A DNA stretch of 64,000 nucleotides from Candidatus Freyarchaeum deiterrae (GCA_037305845.1 CP147778.1:448001-512000); one strand, 5' to 3'; positions 31,001 to 39,954 are shown, counted from the first letter of the stretch. A program made the numbers and translations. Notes: generated from the sequence alone by a model not told the origin.

Positions 31001-32036
31001 GATTGTAGGTATCTATGTATAGGTTCCATTGGCTTGTTACATTAACGACTGCAAAATCGTAAATGGGAACAGTGCTATAATTACCCGTAGTATTAACAAT
31101 GTTAGCTTTTACATAGCCTTGATAAGCATAAAACGTATAGGTCTTGTTCATCCCACTGTAATTTCCACCACCTACCAAACTAGTATTAGTGAATCTATCG
31201 ACGCTCGTCTTATAGACCCTAACAGTAGCTCTTAGAGGCCCGTTTTCAATAAGTATAGCCGTCCAGTTAAGGGCATTGTAGGGAGGGACGTAGGGAGGCT
31301 GTGAACCCCACCGCTGCAGGTCGTCGGCGTCTATACGGTCTAGCCCGCTGTGCAGCCCTGTTGTTGGAATGATGTTGGTTCCGTTAACCATGAAAATGCG
31401 GAAACATGCGTCGTCATCATAACCGGTGTTGGTATACTGAATGTTATAGGTGCCGCTTATTACACCTGTGTCAAAGAGGAAATAATGAATACCAGTTGGG
31501 TCGATGGTGATATTGAGGGGGGTTGTGTATGTTGGGGCAGTTCCCCCATAGGTGTTGTTATAGTACACGTAGTATGTTGAGGTTCCTCCGTTTGTGACGT
31601 TACAGAGGAAAAGTAGGACACAGGAGGTAATATTGGTTCCACTATAAGTTAGGTTCTCCAATTGTATGGGTACCTCTACCCAATTATTTGTTGATTGGCT
31701 GAAGTAGAGGACTCGTATGCTATTATTGGCGCAGTGCGTAGGTGCAAAAGTTAAATTTGTTATGGCTATTTCGTTTACTCTGTCCGCGTATCCTGGTTCA
31801 GTTACGTTTACTTCTATTCGATAATTCCAACTTTGGTTCCACCAGAAGTTTGGCTGTGGCTGTGGGTTTGCCTTTGAGGCGATTTGGTTTGATGTCTGTG
31901 TGCTGGCAAGGATGCTGTTTTGAGGTGAGAAAGCCGTTTGATTGTTCTGTAGTATGAGAGGTACAGCAATTACTGTGAGTAACGTTAGGATAACCACTAA
32001 GCTTAGGGCTATTTTCTTTTTGTTGGTTTTGACCAT
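28056..32036 (-). CDS. Large single-pass cell-surface glycoprotein (DUF2341-like N-terminus, Ig-like beta domains, TM helix, cytoplasmic domain, acidic tail)
   Basis: N-terminal signal/anchor, WWNQSWNYRIEV motif, many N-x-S/T sequons, TM FLITLAAIAIPTSLFMGYTFL, E/K-rich tail. Confidence 0.8.
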   Translation of the reverse strand: MVKTNKKKIALSLVVILTLLTVIAVPLILQNNQTAFSPQNSILASTQTSNQIASKANPQPQPNFWWNQSWNYRIEVNVTEPGYADRVNEIAITNLTFAPTHCANNSIRVLYFSQSTNNWVEVPIQLENLTYSGTNITSCVLLFLCNVTNGGTSTYYVYYNNTYGGTAPTYTTPLNITIDPTGIHYFLFDTGVISGTYNIQYTNTGYDDDACFRIFMVNGTNIIPTTGLHSGLDRIDADDLQRWGSQPPYVPPYNALNWTAILIENGPLRATVRVYKTSVDRFTNTSLVGGGNYSGMNKTYTFYAYQGYVKANIVNTTGNYSTVPIYDFAVVNVTSQWNLYIDTYNLGAATNWHWTDKISSPQPFNYMSLVRNDGLGLALLGAPLWPDDTHGNRTSLEYGYGDTLPIDSGTLSFLFRNDGRPGDPQYGSVEYPIVIPFTYYIAGITQGFNQVTGTWYQVNKPTQTNNSSEKNKFYPLVANVTDWYNNPIPRANVNAYNDSALTSLSKTGVSNSTGQCLLLLNQNSTSNQYEDWVQANITNTYKNYTSDAMHWNPVDFSSPYSTITIRMNITTVYVEVWDNNTHRVQTANVTLNYVNASLTDISQNVDLFFANCSFYAWANVTLNIQIYTNATLETGITVYNYGTNTSVSQPINISEPKAFMVLLNRDIFAIPTSLIYLGSIINKYWTDNVSFYVWFNATGGSSIDNADWVNYNITTSSGSVYDANMTNVTGQPSGNYYANFNTTLVGLVGGASYTIIITAKPHDTNQLYPTPISIFLSVQSINVTVICDNGIGNPIIKTWSEFLNETTVIIHLFDTHNNVFLDGVNVTYTISGTSYVNQIMPPTGAKGTYQINGSVFGNLTTGNFTIKIVSSLQNYAINDYFIPVTINLASEIILAPSNKIQGSWNQNIPFYVVLVRQTDNTSITGANVSWIVQGTYINGTLTDNNNGTYSGQLANGTLSSGFYVLIIAASKQNYISNFTSLSLEVSGAQTSIGTALLIPELFGSSEFLFAGPLVQVENSWPVAPLSFTYLDANGNAVPNATVTVTGGLPVLGARSSAEGLGVSQVHALQLGAGSYMVLVPTQGLSPTSLPINIVISAPNYQSQQMSFVVTIKERAIAIGPTRVPVSTFLITLAAIAIPTSLFMGYTFLQRARIPAIIKRIDELIRAISRGEKVTVKLVPREKVIADILREELAIIAVEPRVEKYIPVELADLIVPLLVESKMKQKEAYAMALELKTAAPAEREKLLESVGIPGETSAIILQTIEEYEEKQVPIRRPRVKEPTEEEPAEEEAKESEEESTEEESKGKTRKAKGTEEEESKEDDEPED

Positions 32037-32365
32037 TTTGTATTCCTCTTGTAAAGAAAGGCGGATAACCACGATTTTTGGTAATCGTTTCCCTCCTTTC
32101 TTTTCCTAGACCCTTTTTTGGTGTAGTTTTAGTCTTTTTCCCAAAATTTTAGGTTTTTAGAAGTATATTTAGTTGATTTAGGGCGAAAGTGATATTTATC
32201 CTTTTTCTTTTAAAAGAAGATTGCGAATCGGCTATTTTTGGATTAGTGGCTTTGGAATTTAGTCCGATAGAGTATAGAAATGATGCGTTCTTCCCTTTAG
32301 TTTTGGGGTTTTATTTTTCCCGTTTTTTAGTGTCCGGTTATTTTTCTCTGTTAGGTTTTTGGGTT

Positions 32366-35071
32366 TTAGATTGGGAAGGCTGTTTTTATTTCTTCGTAGA
32401 GTTCTGGGAAGCTGTTCAGCCATTCTTTTCTTTCTTTTTTGAGTTGTTGGACCATTTTTTCGACTTGTTCGGTGCTGTAGTATTTTTCTAGTTTGAACTT
32501 GTCCATGTCGACGCCTTCGACTTCTTTGGGTGCGAGTGTTCCGAAGTGGGGTTCGGGTATCCATTCTATGTTGTTTCGAGCTATGCCTCTTATTATGGAG
32601 GCCATTTCTTTTATTTGGATGCGGTCCACTTTTCTTTTGACTATGCTTACGCCTTCCTCGTTTGTTTCTCTTAGTTCTCCTATTCCTCCGGTGTTTACCA
32701 GGTAGCAGTGTACTTTGTCGCCGAATTCTTTTATCATGTCGTAGAACTTGTTTCCTTCTAGTCCTTTGTTGCCTACTATGAAGGGGTTGGTTCCCACTTC
32801 TCTTACTGATTGTCCGGCTCTTTTGGGGTCGCTTCCCGAGGTTTCTATTGATTCTCCCAGCATGAATGCTGCTGCGGCTTGTTCGATTGTGAGTTTGGAT
32901 GCTACGGGTACCACGGTGTTTCTTCTGGTTATTATGAGGAGTATTAGTCCGTCGACTTCGTTTAATGGGGGTAAGTTGACTGTAGGGCTTTTGTATTTTC
33001 CGAAGTCGTCTCTCTGCATTATTCCGCGGCCGTTGCCGGTCAGTATGTCGCTTTCGAATAGTACGTTTCCTTTGTAGTCCACCATCACGTTTTCGAGTAT
33101 AGCGTCGGGTTTGGTTATGGCGTTGTAGATTAGTGGCTGTATTTCCGGGTTTACACCTTCTGTCTTTAGGTAGAATCCTCGCTCAGTGCCTATGGCTGAT
33201 CCGTCGGGTCGTAGTGCGACGAAGTCGTCCTGTACTATTTCTATGCCTTCTCCGTCTGCTTCGTTCAAGTCGTGGGTGTGGCAGCTATGGGTGGTTTTTC
33301 CGGTTGCAGTGAGTCCGAAGATTAGTGTGCTGTAGGTTTTTATTTCGCCAGTTTGGGCGTCTCTGGCTCTGATTTTTTTAGCGCCGGCGTGCAGCCCGAG
33401 CATACCCTGCTGCTTCGCAAACCACATCGCCATTCTCAGGAAGCCTTTCTTAGCTTCACCATAATAATCAGACCCAAGGACGAAGGTTACTCCTATTTCG
33501 GGGAGTACTATTATTTGCCTGTCTTTTTCCTGCCACTCTGGAATATATACTATGAATAGGTGGGGACCATTATAGTCGTCTAGGGGGTCGAAGAGGGTTT
33601 GGTTAACCATGTGAGCTAGCCTAATCATTTCTCCTCTGTGGACAGAGACTAGGAGGGTGCATTTCGGTGTGAAGTCGGGGTTGCCTCCCATAGTGCGTTC
33701 GGTGCATATGAAGGGTGCGCTTTTAATATACTGGAGTATATCTTTCATTGTTTCAGGTAGGTCTTTCATGAGTTCTTTCTGTTTGGGGCTCATTTCGTAC
33801 TGAATCACTTCGGGGCTGCCCGCGGTTATGGTTAAGCCCGCGCTCCTGTTTTTAACTGTGGAGACGAAATTGTAGTTGTTGAAGATTGTTTTAGTCCCGT
33901 ATGCTTCCGCCATCTTTCGGATTTTTTCGTGGGTAAGATGTTTGACGTTGGTTCTCTCGTGGAGATTCTCTACTTCCTGTCTTATCTCTTCCATGTTTAG
34001 CTGGGCGATAATCTCATCAATTTCGGCTTTCGCTCTCTGCTTTTCTTCCTGTAGTGGTTCGAGGTACTCTTTGGAGGTAATTATCCGCCTGACTTCTTTT
34101 TGCATATCTAAAAGAGGGTAGGCTACGTTCAGGTAGTAAACGGCTGCGAATTTGAAAATGTTTTTGTAAAAATCAATCTGGAGTTTTTCACGCTTTTCGC
34201 TACGTATAAGTAGGTAGGGGTTGAAGAAGGGTTGCGGAGAATGGGTGAGTATATCTATAGCTTCTTGTGGATTCAGGCGTTTAGCTATCCTCGCCTCCTT
34301 GCGATTATTCACAAGCAGGAAAATGAGTTTGATACGTGTGGTGTCAAGATACCTTTCATTTCCGCCTATCCACCAAGGATCAAGCATAAAGTGGTTGTCT
34401 TCTTTTTTGCTCTTCTCGTAGAGCGGTTGGAGTCGGGCATAGATTTTTATGAGGTCTCTTTTAAGATAGAATTTTCTCTCGGAGACGGATGTGGATATGC
34501 GTCCTTTCTCTCCTCCGAGCTGTTCGACGTATATTATATCGTCGGAGTGTATTCGCGCACGCTCCAGCTCTAGGAGTAGAAACGCGTTGGTGCTGACGCC
34601 TCTTCCTGTTTCTCCCATTATGGCTATTCCTTCCCCGTTGATGTCCACTAGGCTTCCCCTGATAAAATTTAAACGCTCCTGCTCCTCACTGACATCAGCC
34701 ACGATGCCCAGAGCTAGGGCTCGTACAAATTCGTAATTGTCAACATTAAAAAGTATACCAGTTTTGGTTTCAGAGTTATAGTATATTCCGGGGTTTTCAT
34801 CGTAAACTCCCGTGGCTGCGTATATCACCCCGTGGGGGCGCAGATTTCGTTCTATAGACGCGGGAAACCAGTTCTCTCTCCAAAAATCATCCAGATGGCT
34901 TTCATTAGTTCTCAGCTGTATAATGTAGCCGTTTATGTTAGCGTTCCAAACATAGAGAGAATCATATCCCAGATATCTCTCCGCCTTTTGAACCAAGTCT
35001 TCCCTTGTTTCCCGAGAGATTCCTACGTCTATATTGCCTTCCTTTTTCGGAATCTTTTCTAATTCGCCCAT
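32366..35071 (-). CDS. pckA: Phosphoenolpyruvate carboxykinase (ATP) with an extra N-terminal degenerate HPr-kinase/PEPCK-like domain
   Basis: C-terminal YYGEAKKG, LGLHAG, FGLTATGKTT, QDD, ERGFYLKT, NGR, NPF, LVNTG. N-terminal domain has GETGRGVST and IHSDD. Confidence 0.85.
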   Translation of the reverse strand: MGELEKIPKKEGNIDVGISRETREDLVQKAERYLGYDSLYVWNANINGYIIQLRTNESHLDDFWRENWFPASIERNLRPHGVIYAATGVYDENPGIYYNSETKTGILFNVDNYEFVRALALGIVADVSEEQERLNFIRGSLVDINGEGIAIMGETGRGVSTNAFLLLELERARIHSDDIIYVEQLGGEKGRISTSVSERKFYLKRDLIKIYARLQPLYEKSKKEDNHFMLDPWWIGGNERYLDTTRIKLIFLLVNNRKEARIAKRLNPQEAIDILTHSPQPFFNPYLLIRSEKREKLQIDFYKNIFKFAAVYYLNVAYPLLDMQKEVRRIITSKEYLEPLQEEKQRAKAEIDEIIAQLNMEEIRQEVENLHERTNVKHLTHEKIRKMAEAYGTKTIFNNYNFVSTVKNRSAGLTITAGSPEVIQYEMSPKQKELMKDLPETMKDILQYIKSAPFICTERTMGGNPDFTPKCTLLVSVHRGEMIRLAHMVNQTLFDPLDDYNGPHLFIVYIPEWQEKDRQIIVLPEIGVTFVLGSDYYGEAKKGFLRMAMWFAKQQGMLGLHAGAKKIRARDAQTGEIKTYSTLIFGLTATGKTTHSCHTHDLNEADGEGIEIVQDDFVALRPDGSAIGTERGFYLKTEGVNPEIQPLIYNAITKPDAILENVMVDYKGNVLFESDILTGNGRGIMQRDDFGKYKSPTVNLPPLNEVDGLILLIITRRNTVVPVASKLTIEQAAAAFMLGESIETSGSDPKRAGQSVREVGTNPFIVGNKGLEGNKFYDMIKEFGDKVHCYLVNTGGIGELRETNEEGVSIVKRKVDRIQIKEMASIIRGIARNNIEWIPEPHFGTLAPKEVEGVDMDKFKLEKYYSTEQVEKMVQQLKKERKEWLNSFPELYEEIKTAFPI

Positions 35072-35262
35072 TCTCCTTTCACCAAATTATGTCAAGTCCA
35101 ACCCGTTCGAAATCTACGAGATTTTTTTTAGAAATTAACTAGTTTACTCCTTTTTATACGTTTTCATTAACTCTATTTACTCATAGAACGCCCTTTGACA
35201 GTCTTGCATAAAAAAATGCTTTTCCCATCGATTTCATTCAATTATAAAGGCTTTTCATCCGA

Positions 35263-35278
35263 GAGAGGAAATTTATAA
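35263..35278 (+). promoter_or_regulatory. BRE-TATA promoter of the ncRNA
   Basis: Purine-rich GAGAGGAAA then TTTATAA (35272-35278), placing the start site at about 35301, the first base of the terminal stem. Confidence 0.65.
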
Positions 35279-35300
35279 CGCTTAATGCGCATTTAATACT

Positions 35301-35411
35301 AGTCCTTGCAAAAATTTATCCAGTGACCTTTTGGGGATGATGCTGGAAGAGCCGTATGACCGCTTTCGGGATGATTTGCAAAAAGGACTCCTCACATAGA
35401 GGGTTTCTTTT
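35301..35411 (+). ncRNA. BHB-flanked, circularly permuted box C/D guide RNA precursor
   Basis: AGTCCT/AGGACT stem, TGCA/TGCA central helix and two AAA bulges. Inside: D(GTGA)-hairpin-C(ATGATGC)-12-nt guide TGGAAGAGCCGT-D'(ATGA)-hairpin-C'(ATGATTT). Followed by CCTC/GAGG hairpin and T tract. Confidence 0.75.
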
Positions 35412-35481
35412 ATCAAAAGTTCTTAAGGGTACATAATGATTATTAATTAATAACTCAACCTAATCCATTTTTAAAGACCTT

Positions 35482-35934
35482 CTATTCCGGATCTTTTTTC
35501 AATTCATAAATAGTGTCACAGAAAGAATCCCCTTCCGCAAGAGTCTTAATTATATTCAATTTAATCTTATCAGTTACAGCTGCACGGAAATATTCATGAT
35601 CGATTTCCATTACTGCTTCGCATAGTTCCCTTGATGTGTTTTCTAGGCCAAAGGGACATTTTGTACCCTGGATTTGAAATTTGTCATCAGAGATTTTAAT
35701 TACTTTAACTTGGTTTGGATCAAAACTTTCGGAAAAGGCTTTCGCAACAGTTGATAATTTGTTGTTTGGCAGTTTTTTCCTAATTTTTAAACCGAGAGCT
35801 CGACCTTGTTTCGTACATATATCTTTAATAATGGGCAAAGTCTCTTTTCCCACCATTTCATAAAAGGCTTTAATTAGCATTCCCTGAGCTTCTATCGGAT
35901 TCTTCGGTAATTTTTCAGAATTTTTATCATCCAT
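35482..35934 (-). CDS. ATC-hydrolase/V4R-like small protein
   Basis: KCPFG, LCE..M.ID, TLAEGDSFCD Cys pattern. Confidence 0.65.
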   Translation of the reverse strand: MDDKNSEKLPKNPIEAQGMLIKAFYEMVGKETLPIIKDICTKQGRALGLKIRKKLPNNKLSTVAKAFSESFDPNQVKVIKISDDKFQIQGTKCPFGLENTSRELCEAVMEIDHEYFRAAVTDKIKLNIIKTLAEGDSFCDTIYELKKDPE

Positions 35935-36071
35935 GGTATTCCCTCGGAATCAAATGACTTTATTTTAAAATTAAAGAATGCTTTTCCTATTTTTTACAAA
36001 TTTCTTGTGGCATTCTTCAAGGAATTTCAAATTTATATTCATAGGCCTTATTCCTTCTAAATATCTGATTA

Positions 36072-37199
36072 CTATTCCGAAGAATTTTTTTGGTATAATC
36101 TTTCTGAAATGTGTTTCGAGAGTTTATCCAAGTTTTTTCCTGTTTTTGCCGAGATGGGAATTATTCGGTTCCCATTGTCTGAGTCAAATACAGACTTGGT
36201 TACGTCTAGTATTTCCTCCAAATTTTCTTCGTCTATTTTGTCTATTTTGTTTAGTACTACAGTGATTTTCTGCTTTTGAACGGGGATGGTTTCCAGCACT
36301 TTTAGTCCTTCGCTTAGCTTTAGTGCTACTATGTCTGGAGGCTCATTTGCGGGAACTAGGAATACCAGGAGGTCGGCGTATTGGAAGTCTATTAGGTTTA
36401 TTTGAAACGCGGTCAGTAGTCGGGGGTCTAGGTCGATTACGAAACCTATGGTGTCCACAAATAGGACGTTCTCGTTTTCCAGCCACTTTTTGTACTTTGC
36501 GGATAGGGTTGTGAAGGGTTTTCCGGTCACTAGTTGGTCTGCTCCAGTAAGCCTGTTGAAGAGAGTTGTTTTCCCAGAGGTGTAGTAGCCGCCTATGGTG
36601 ACTATTTTGGCTCCTTCCTCCTTTCTCTTCATTACCTGCATTTTTTTCTCCTCAAGCATTTTGTTTATCTCCTTCTTTATGGAAGCCTCCCTCTTTGTGT
36701 TGGCTTTTAGGGTGCTGTGCATTGCGTATTCTCCGCCGCCCATCAGAGAAGCGTGTTCCTCTTTATACCTTTTCGAAGCTAACAGCTTACGTAGGGGAGC
36801 CTCCTTGTTCATTCTAGCCAATTTAATTTGGAGAACCGATAAACTGTCTGTGGCGTTAGCTTCAAAGATCTCAAGGGTTAGGTCGTATCTGTCTATTATG
36901 TTTGCTTCCAGCTCTCGGGAGAGATTCAGGAATTGCATAGAGGATAGCCTATTGTAAACAATGAAATTATCAATCTCCTGCGATTGCATAAGCTCCTTTA
37001 GTTCCTGCACCTTCCCCCTTCCGAAGAGGAGATAGTTAGTAGGGTTTCTAACCTGTACTACTTCGTCTACTACATCATATCCCACGTTCTTGGCGAGTTC
37101 GGTTATCTCATCCAGCTTCACACGGAACAAAAATTGGTCACGAGCGTCGTCCTTCAAAATTCCGACCAAGGCACGTTTATTGAATGTTCTTTTTTCCAA
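36072..37199 (-). CDS. hflX: HflX-like ribosome-associated GTPase
   Basis: FGRGKVQEL, IIDRYDLTLEIF, G1 GYYTSGKTT, G2 FTTL, G3 DTIGF, G4 NKID, G5 ISAK. Confidence 0.88.
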   Translation of the reverse strand: MEKRTFNKRALVGILKDDARDQFLFRVKLDEITELAKNVGYDVVDEVVQVRNPTNYLLFGRGKVQELKELMQSQEIDNFIVYNRLSSMQFLNLSRELEANIIDRYDLTLEIFEANATDSLSVLQIKLARMNKEAPLRKLLASKRYKEEHASLMGGGEYAMHSTLKANTKREASIKKEINKMLEEKKMQVMKRKEEGAKIVTIGGYYTSGKTTLFNRLTGADQLVTGKPFTTLSAKYKKWLENENVLFVDTIGFVIDLDPRLLTAFQINLIDFQYADLLVFLVPANEPPDIVALKLSEGLKVLETIPVQKQKITVVLNKIDKIDEENLEEILDVTKSVFDSDNGNRIIPISAKTGKNLDKLSKHISERLYQKNSSE

Positions 37200-37339
37200 T
37201 TATTCGCCCTCTTTGAGTTTTTTATACACGATTAGGGAAAAGCAAAAATATGCGTTCACCGCCTAATAGAAAGTAAGAAGGTTTAATCAATCTTCCCTAA
37301 GCCCATATTTTAGCATGGGAGGAGTGGAGTGGATTAGCT

Positions 37340-38140
37340 ATGGCTTTTGTTAGAACCAACGATGATATGTTAAGGCTTTTTGAAAGGTTTAAGGGTGGAA
37401 TCAAGTTTTACGACGCGGAGATGCTCATTGCAATATTTCTCACAACGCCTGAGTTTTTAAGAAAGATTCTACCCCCACCACTAGAGCCACCCCAAATTCC
37501 CTTGGGCCTAGTCTATGTAGCTAATTTTCCCAAAACAAGTATGATTCAGTCCTACCGTGAGGCGGCGATATTTCTGGACGCCCAGTTCGAGGGGAAGCCT
37601 GGAAATTACTGCTTAGCCATGCCCGTGGACAATGACATGGCGATGGTTCAGGGAAGAGAGCTGGCGGGTTTCCCAAAAAAGATGGCTGAAATCTCCCTTG
37701 AAAAAAGAGGAAAAAGAATAGTGGGATTAGTCACCCGGAGGGGAGTGGAGATCCTAAAAATTAAGGCCTCACTCACCGAGCAGGAATTAACACGCGATCA
37801 GGTTTACCAGTTGTTCGCAGCGGACAAGGACGAGCGGGGTATGCCCATTTTCACTTATCTCGTCAGGGGATTCCCTTCCCTTAAACCTGAGGGCGAATCT
37901 AAGCCTCAACTAATTTATTATGAAACCCGCCTACTTCCCAAAAAGGTGGAAGTGATAACCCAGATTGAATTAACTTTCGGAAAATCAGAGATAGATCCGT
38001 ACCATGAAATAGAGATAATGGAGGTAGAAGGTGGAATATACGGAACTTTCGAAAACACTATGGTAGGCGGAACAAAAGTATTAGAATTCGAGAGCCCTCA
38101 AAACCTAGCACCCTACCTATTCTACAGATATGATCTCTAG
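37340..38140 (+). CDS. Acetoacetate decarboxylase (ADC) family protein
   Basis: LPPPLEP, YREAA, MPVDND, GRELAGFPKK (Schiff-base Lys), DPY. Confidence 0.85.
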   Translation: MAFVRTNDDMLRLFERFKGGIKFYDAEMLIAIFLTTPEFLRKILPPPLEPPQIPLGLVYVANFPKTSMIQSYREAAIFLDAQFEGKPGNYCLAMPVDNDMAMVQGRELAGFPKKMAEISLEKRGKRIVGLVTRRGVEILKIKASLTEQELTRDQVYQLFAADKDERGMPIFTYLVRGFPSLKPEGESKPQLIYYETRLLPKKVEVITQIELTFGKSEIDPYHEIEIMEVEGGIYGTFENTMVGGTKVLEFESPQNLAPYLFYRYDL

Positions 38141-38243
38141 AAGAGGAACAAAAAAGGTTAAAAAAATGTAATATATGACCACACGAATGTTTTGAAACTA
38201 ATTACGTCATTTTCCTGATTAACTTGAAGGTAAGGGACAAATT

Positions 38244-39761
38244 TCATGCCGCTGGTTGGAACAGCGAGATTATTCTTTGGATGTCTAATCCCCAGCCGAA
38301 AAGATGTGAAAATCCCAGCAGTAGAAATATTCCGACAGCGAGGCTAGCAAGGGTGATGGGCACTCCTATTTTCAGAAATTGTCTCCAGGAGACATGGTGT
38401 CCCTCCTTTTCTAAGGAGGAAATTCCGATTAGGTTTGGGAGACCTCCTAACGGGGTTAGGCTGGCTCCTAGGTTCGCTCCGTATATTAGTGACCATATTA
38501 TAAGGTTCTGATTTATAAAAGCGGACGCGGATAGGCTGGGTGTAACAAAGAGTAAAGCTGTTGTCACAGAAATGTTATCGAGCACACCTGATAGTCCTCC
38601 ACAGAATAAAGTTACCACAGAGGCTGTCGCCGGAACGTTAGCGAATAAGATTGTTCCAAGGCTGTTACCCATGAGTTCTAGGACATTGGTTCTGTTAACG
38701 CCGCCTATTATTATGAATATTCCGATGAAGAAGAATATGAGGCTCCAGTCCACCGCTCGTAGGGTTTTCTCTGGGTCTTCTCCGCTTACAAAGAGAAATG
38801 CAAAAGCAAACACAAGTGATACAACATAAAATGGTATGCCCAATAAACCTGCTATAACGAATCCTGCTATGGTTACTGCGAGCAGTATGCTTAATCGTCG
38901 GAAAATTTTTGGGTTTTTTATTACAGAGCGCTCATCGAGGGAGAGTAGTTCCTCTCTCTTTTTCAGGTATTCCTTATTTTCTTTAGGAATATGGAATGCA
39001 TCCCTGTAGTGGCGGAATATGAAGAACAGAGCGATCACCGTACCAAGCCCCGCGACTGGCAATCCTAACACGAGAAAAGTAGGGTAGGAGAGATAACGTG
39101 TCGGATCCAGATTATAGTGGCCGGTAACCAGAACGTTCACGAAGTTACCTATAATTGTGGACGACCCCGCCGCGTTGACTACAAACACCGTGCCGAGTAT
39201 GTAGGGTACCGGGTTGAGGTCTAATATTTTGGCTATCTGATAAGTTAGGACGCTTACTATAATGAAGGTGGGATCGGAGTTTAAAACCATTGTTAGAAGA
39301 AATGCTAGTATCCACATGTAAATGAAAAGTCTTTTAACATCCCCACCACTTAGTTTGGCGACTTTAATAACAATGTACGCAAACACTCCTGAACGAGTGG
39401 CAACAGTCGTTATAATAACAACTGAAATAATAATGAGCAAGGTTGACCAGTCGATAAATTCCTTGTAAACATCAGTGTAAGAGAACAACAGCTCATGGCT
39501 TAGGCTTGGACCATAGACAACGGATGTAAAAGGGGGAACCCAGGAATAAACATAGGAGAAGTATCCTCCAGCAATGAGTGTTGCCACAGCTCCTCCTAGA
39601 GCTGCCACCGTTTTGTGAAGACGCTCAGTTGCTATAAGCCCAAAGGTAACAATAATAATAGCAACAAAAACTATTTGGGCTGAAAGAGGTGGCTGAATCA
39701 AATAAGGAGCCAATTCGGAAATAAGGGGATCAACCATGTACTTCAACCCAGATTTATTCAC
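38244..39761 (-). CDS. ArsB/NhaD/CitMHS (IT superfamily) transporter
   Basis: Many TM helices; IDWSTL, VDWSLIFFFIG, SGVLDNI, GANLGASLTPLG. Start may be ATG 39737. Confidence 0.88.
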   Translation of the reverse strand: MNKSGLKYMVDPLISELAPYLIQPPLSAQIVFVAIIIVTFGLIATERLHKTVAALGGAVATLIAGGYFSYVYSWVPPFTSVVYGPSLSHELLFSYTDVYKEFIDWSTLLIIISVVIITTVATRSGVFAYIVIKVAKLSGGDVKRLFIYMWILAFLLTMVLNSDPTFIIVSVLTYQIAKILDLNPVPYILGTVFVVNAAGSSTIIGNFVNVLVTGHYNLDPTRYLSYPTFLVLGLPVAGLGTVIALFFIFRHYRDAFHIPKENKEYLKKREELLSLDERSVIKNPKIFRRLSILLAVTIAGFVIAGLLGIPFYVVSLVFAFAFLFVSGEDPEKTLRAVDWSLIFFFIGIFIIIGGVNRTNVLELMGNSLGTILFANVPATASVVTLFCGGLSGVLDNISVTTALLFVTPSLSASAFINQNLIIWSLIYGANLGASLTPLGGLPNLIGISSLEKEGHHVSWRQFLKIGVPITLASLAVGIFLLLGFSHLFGWGLDIQRIISLFQPAA

Positions 39762-39954
39762 TAATATTTACTGAGGAGAGGAGCGAATACTTGCTTGAAA
39801 ATCCAGATTAGGGGTTTAAAAACTTATCTTGCTAATAAAGACAGATTTCTATGAACTGCCCCCTAAATATATTTTGGAACTGCTGCAAAACGGGGGCTAA
39901 TCTAATCTCTACTAGTGGAAGCTTTGGCGGAGCTAATTTTTAGAGAGTTATGTT

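Noticed and set aside
35313-35326. Second guide targeting 23S GGAUAA
   Set aside because: Only 6 bp of complementarity, too weak to call a target.
35301-35400. tRNA with intron, or H/ACA RNA (ACA at 35394)
   Set aside because: No cloverleaf arms flank the BHB and the spliced loop lacks U33. The ACA lies in the terminator-like loop, and no pseudouridylation pocket is evident.
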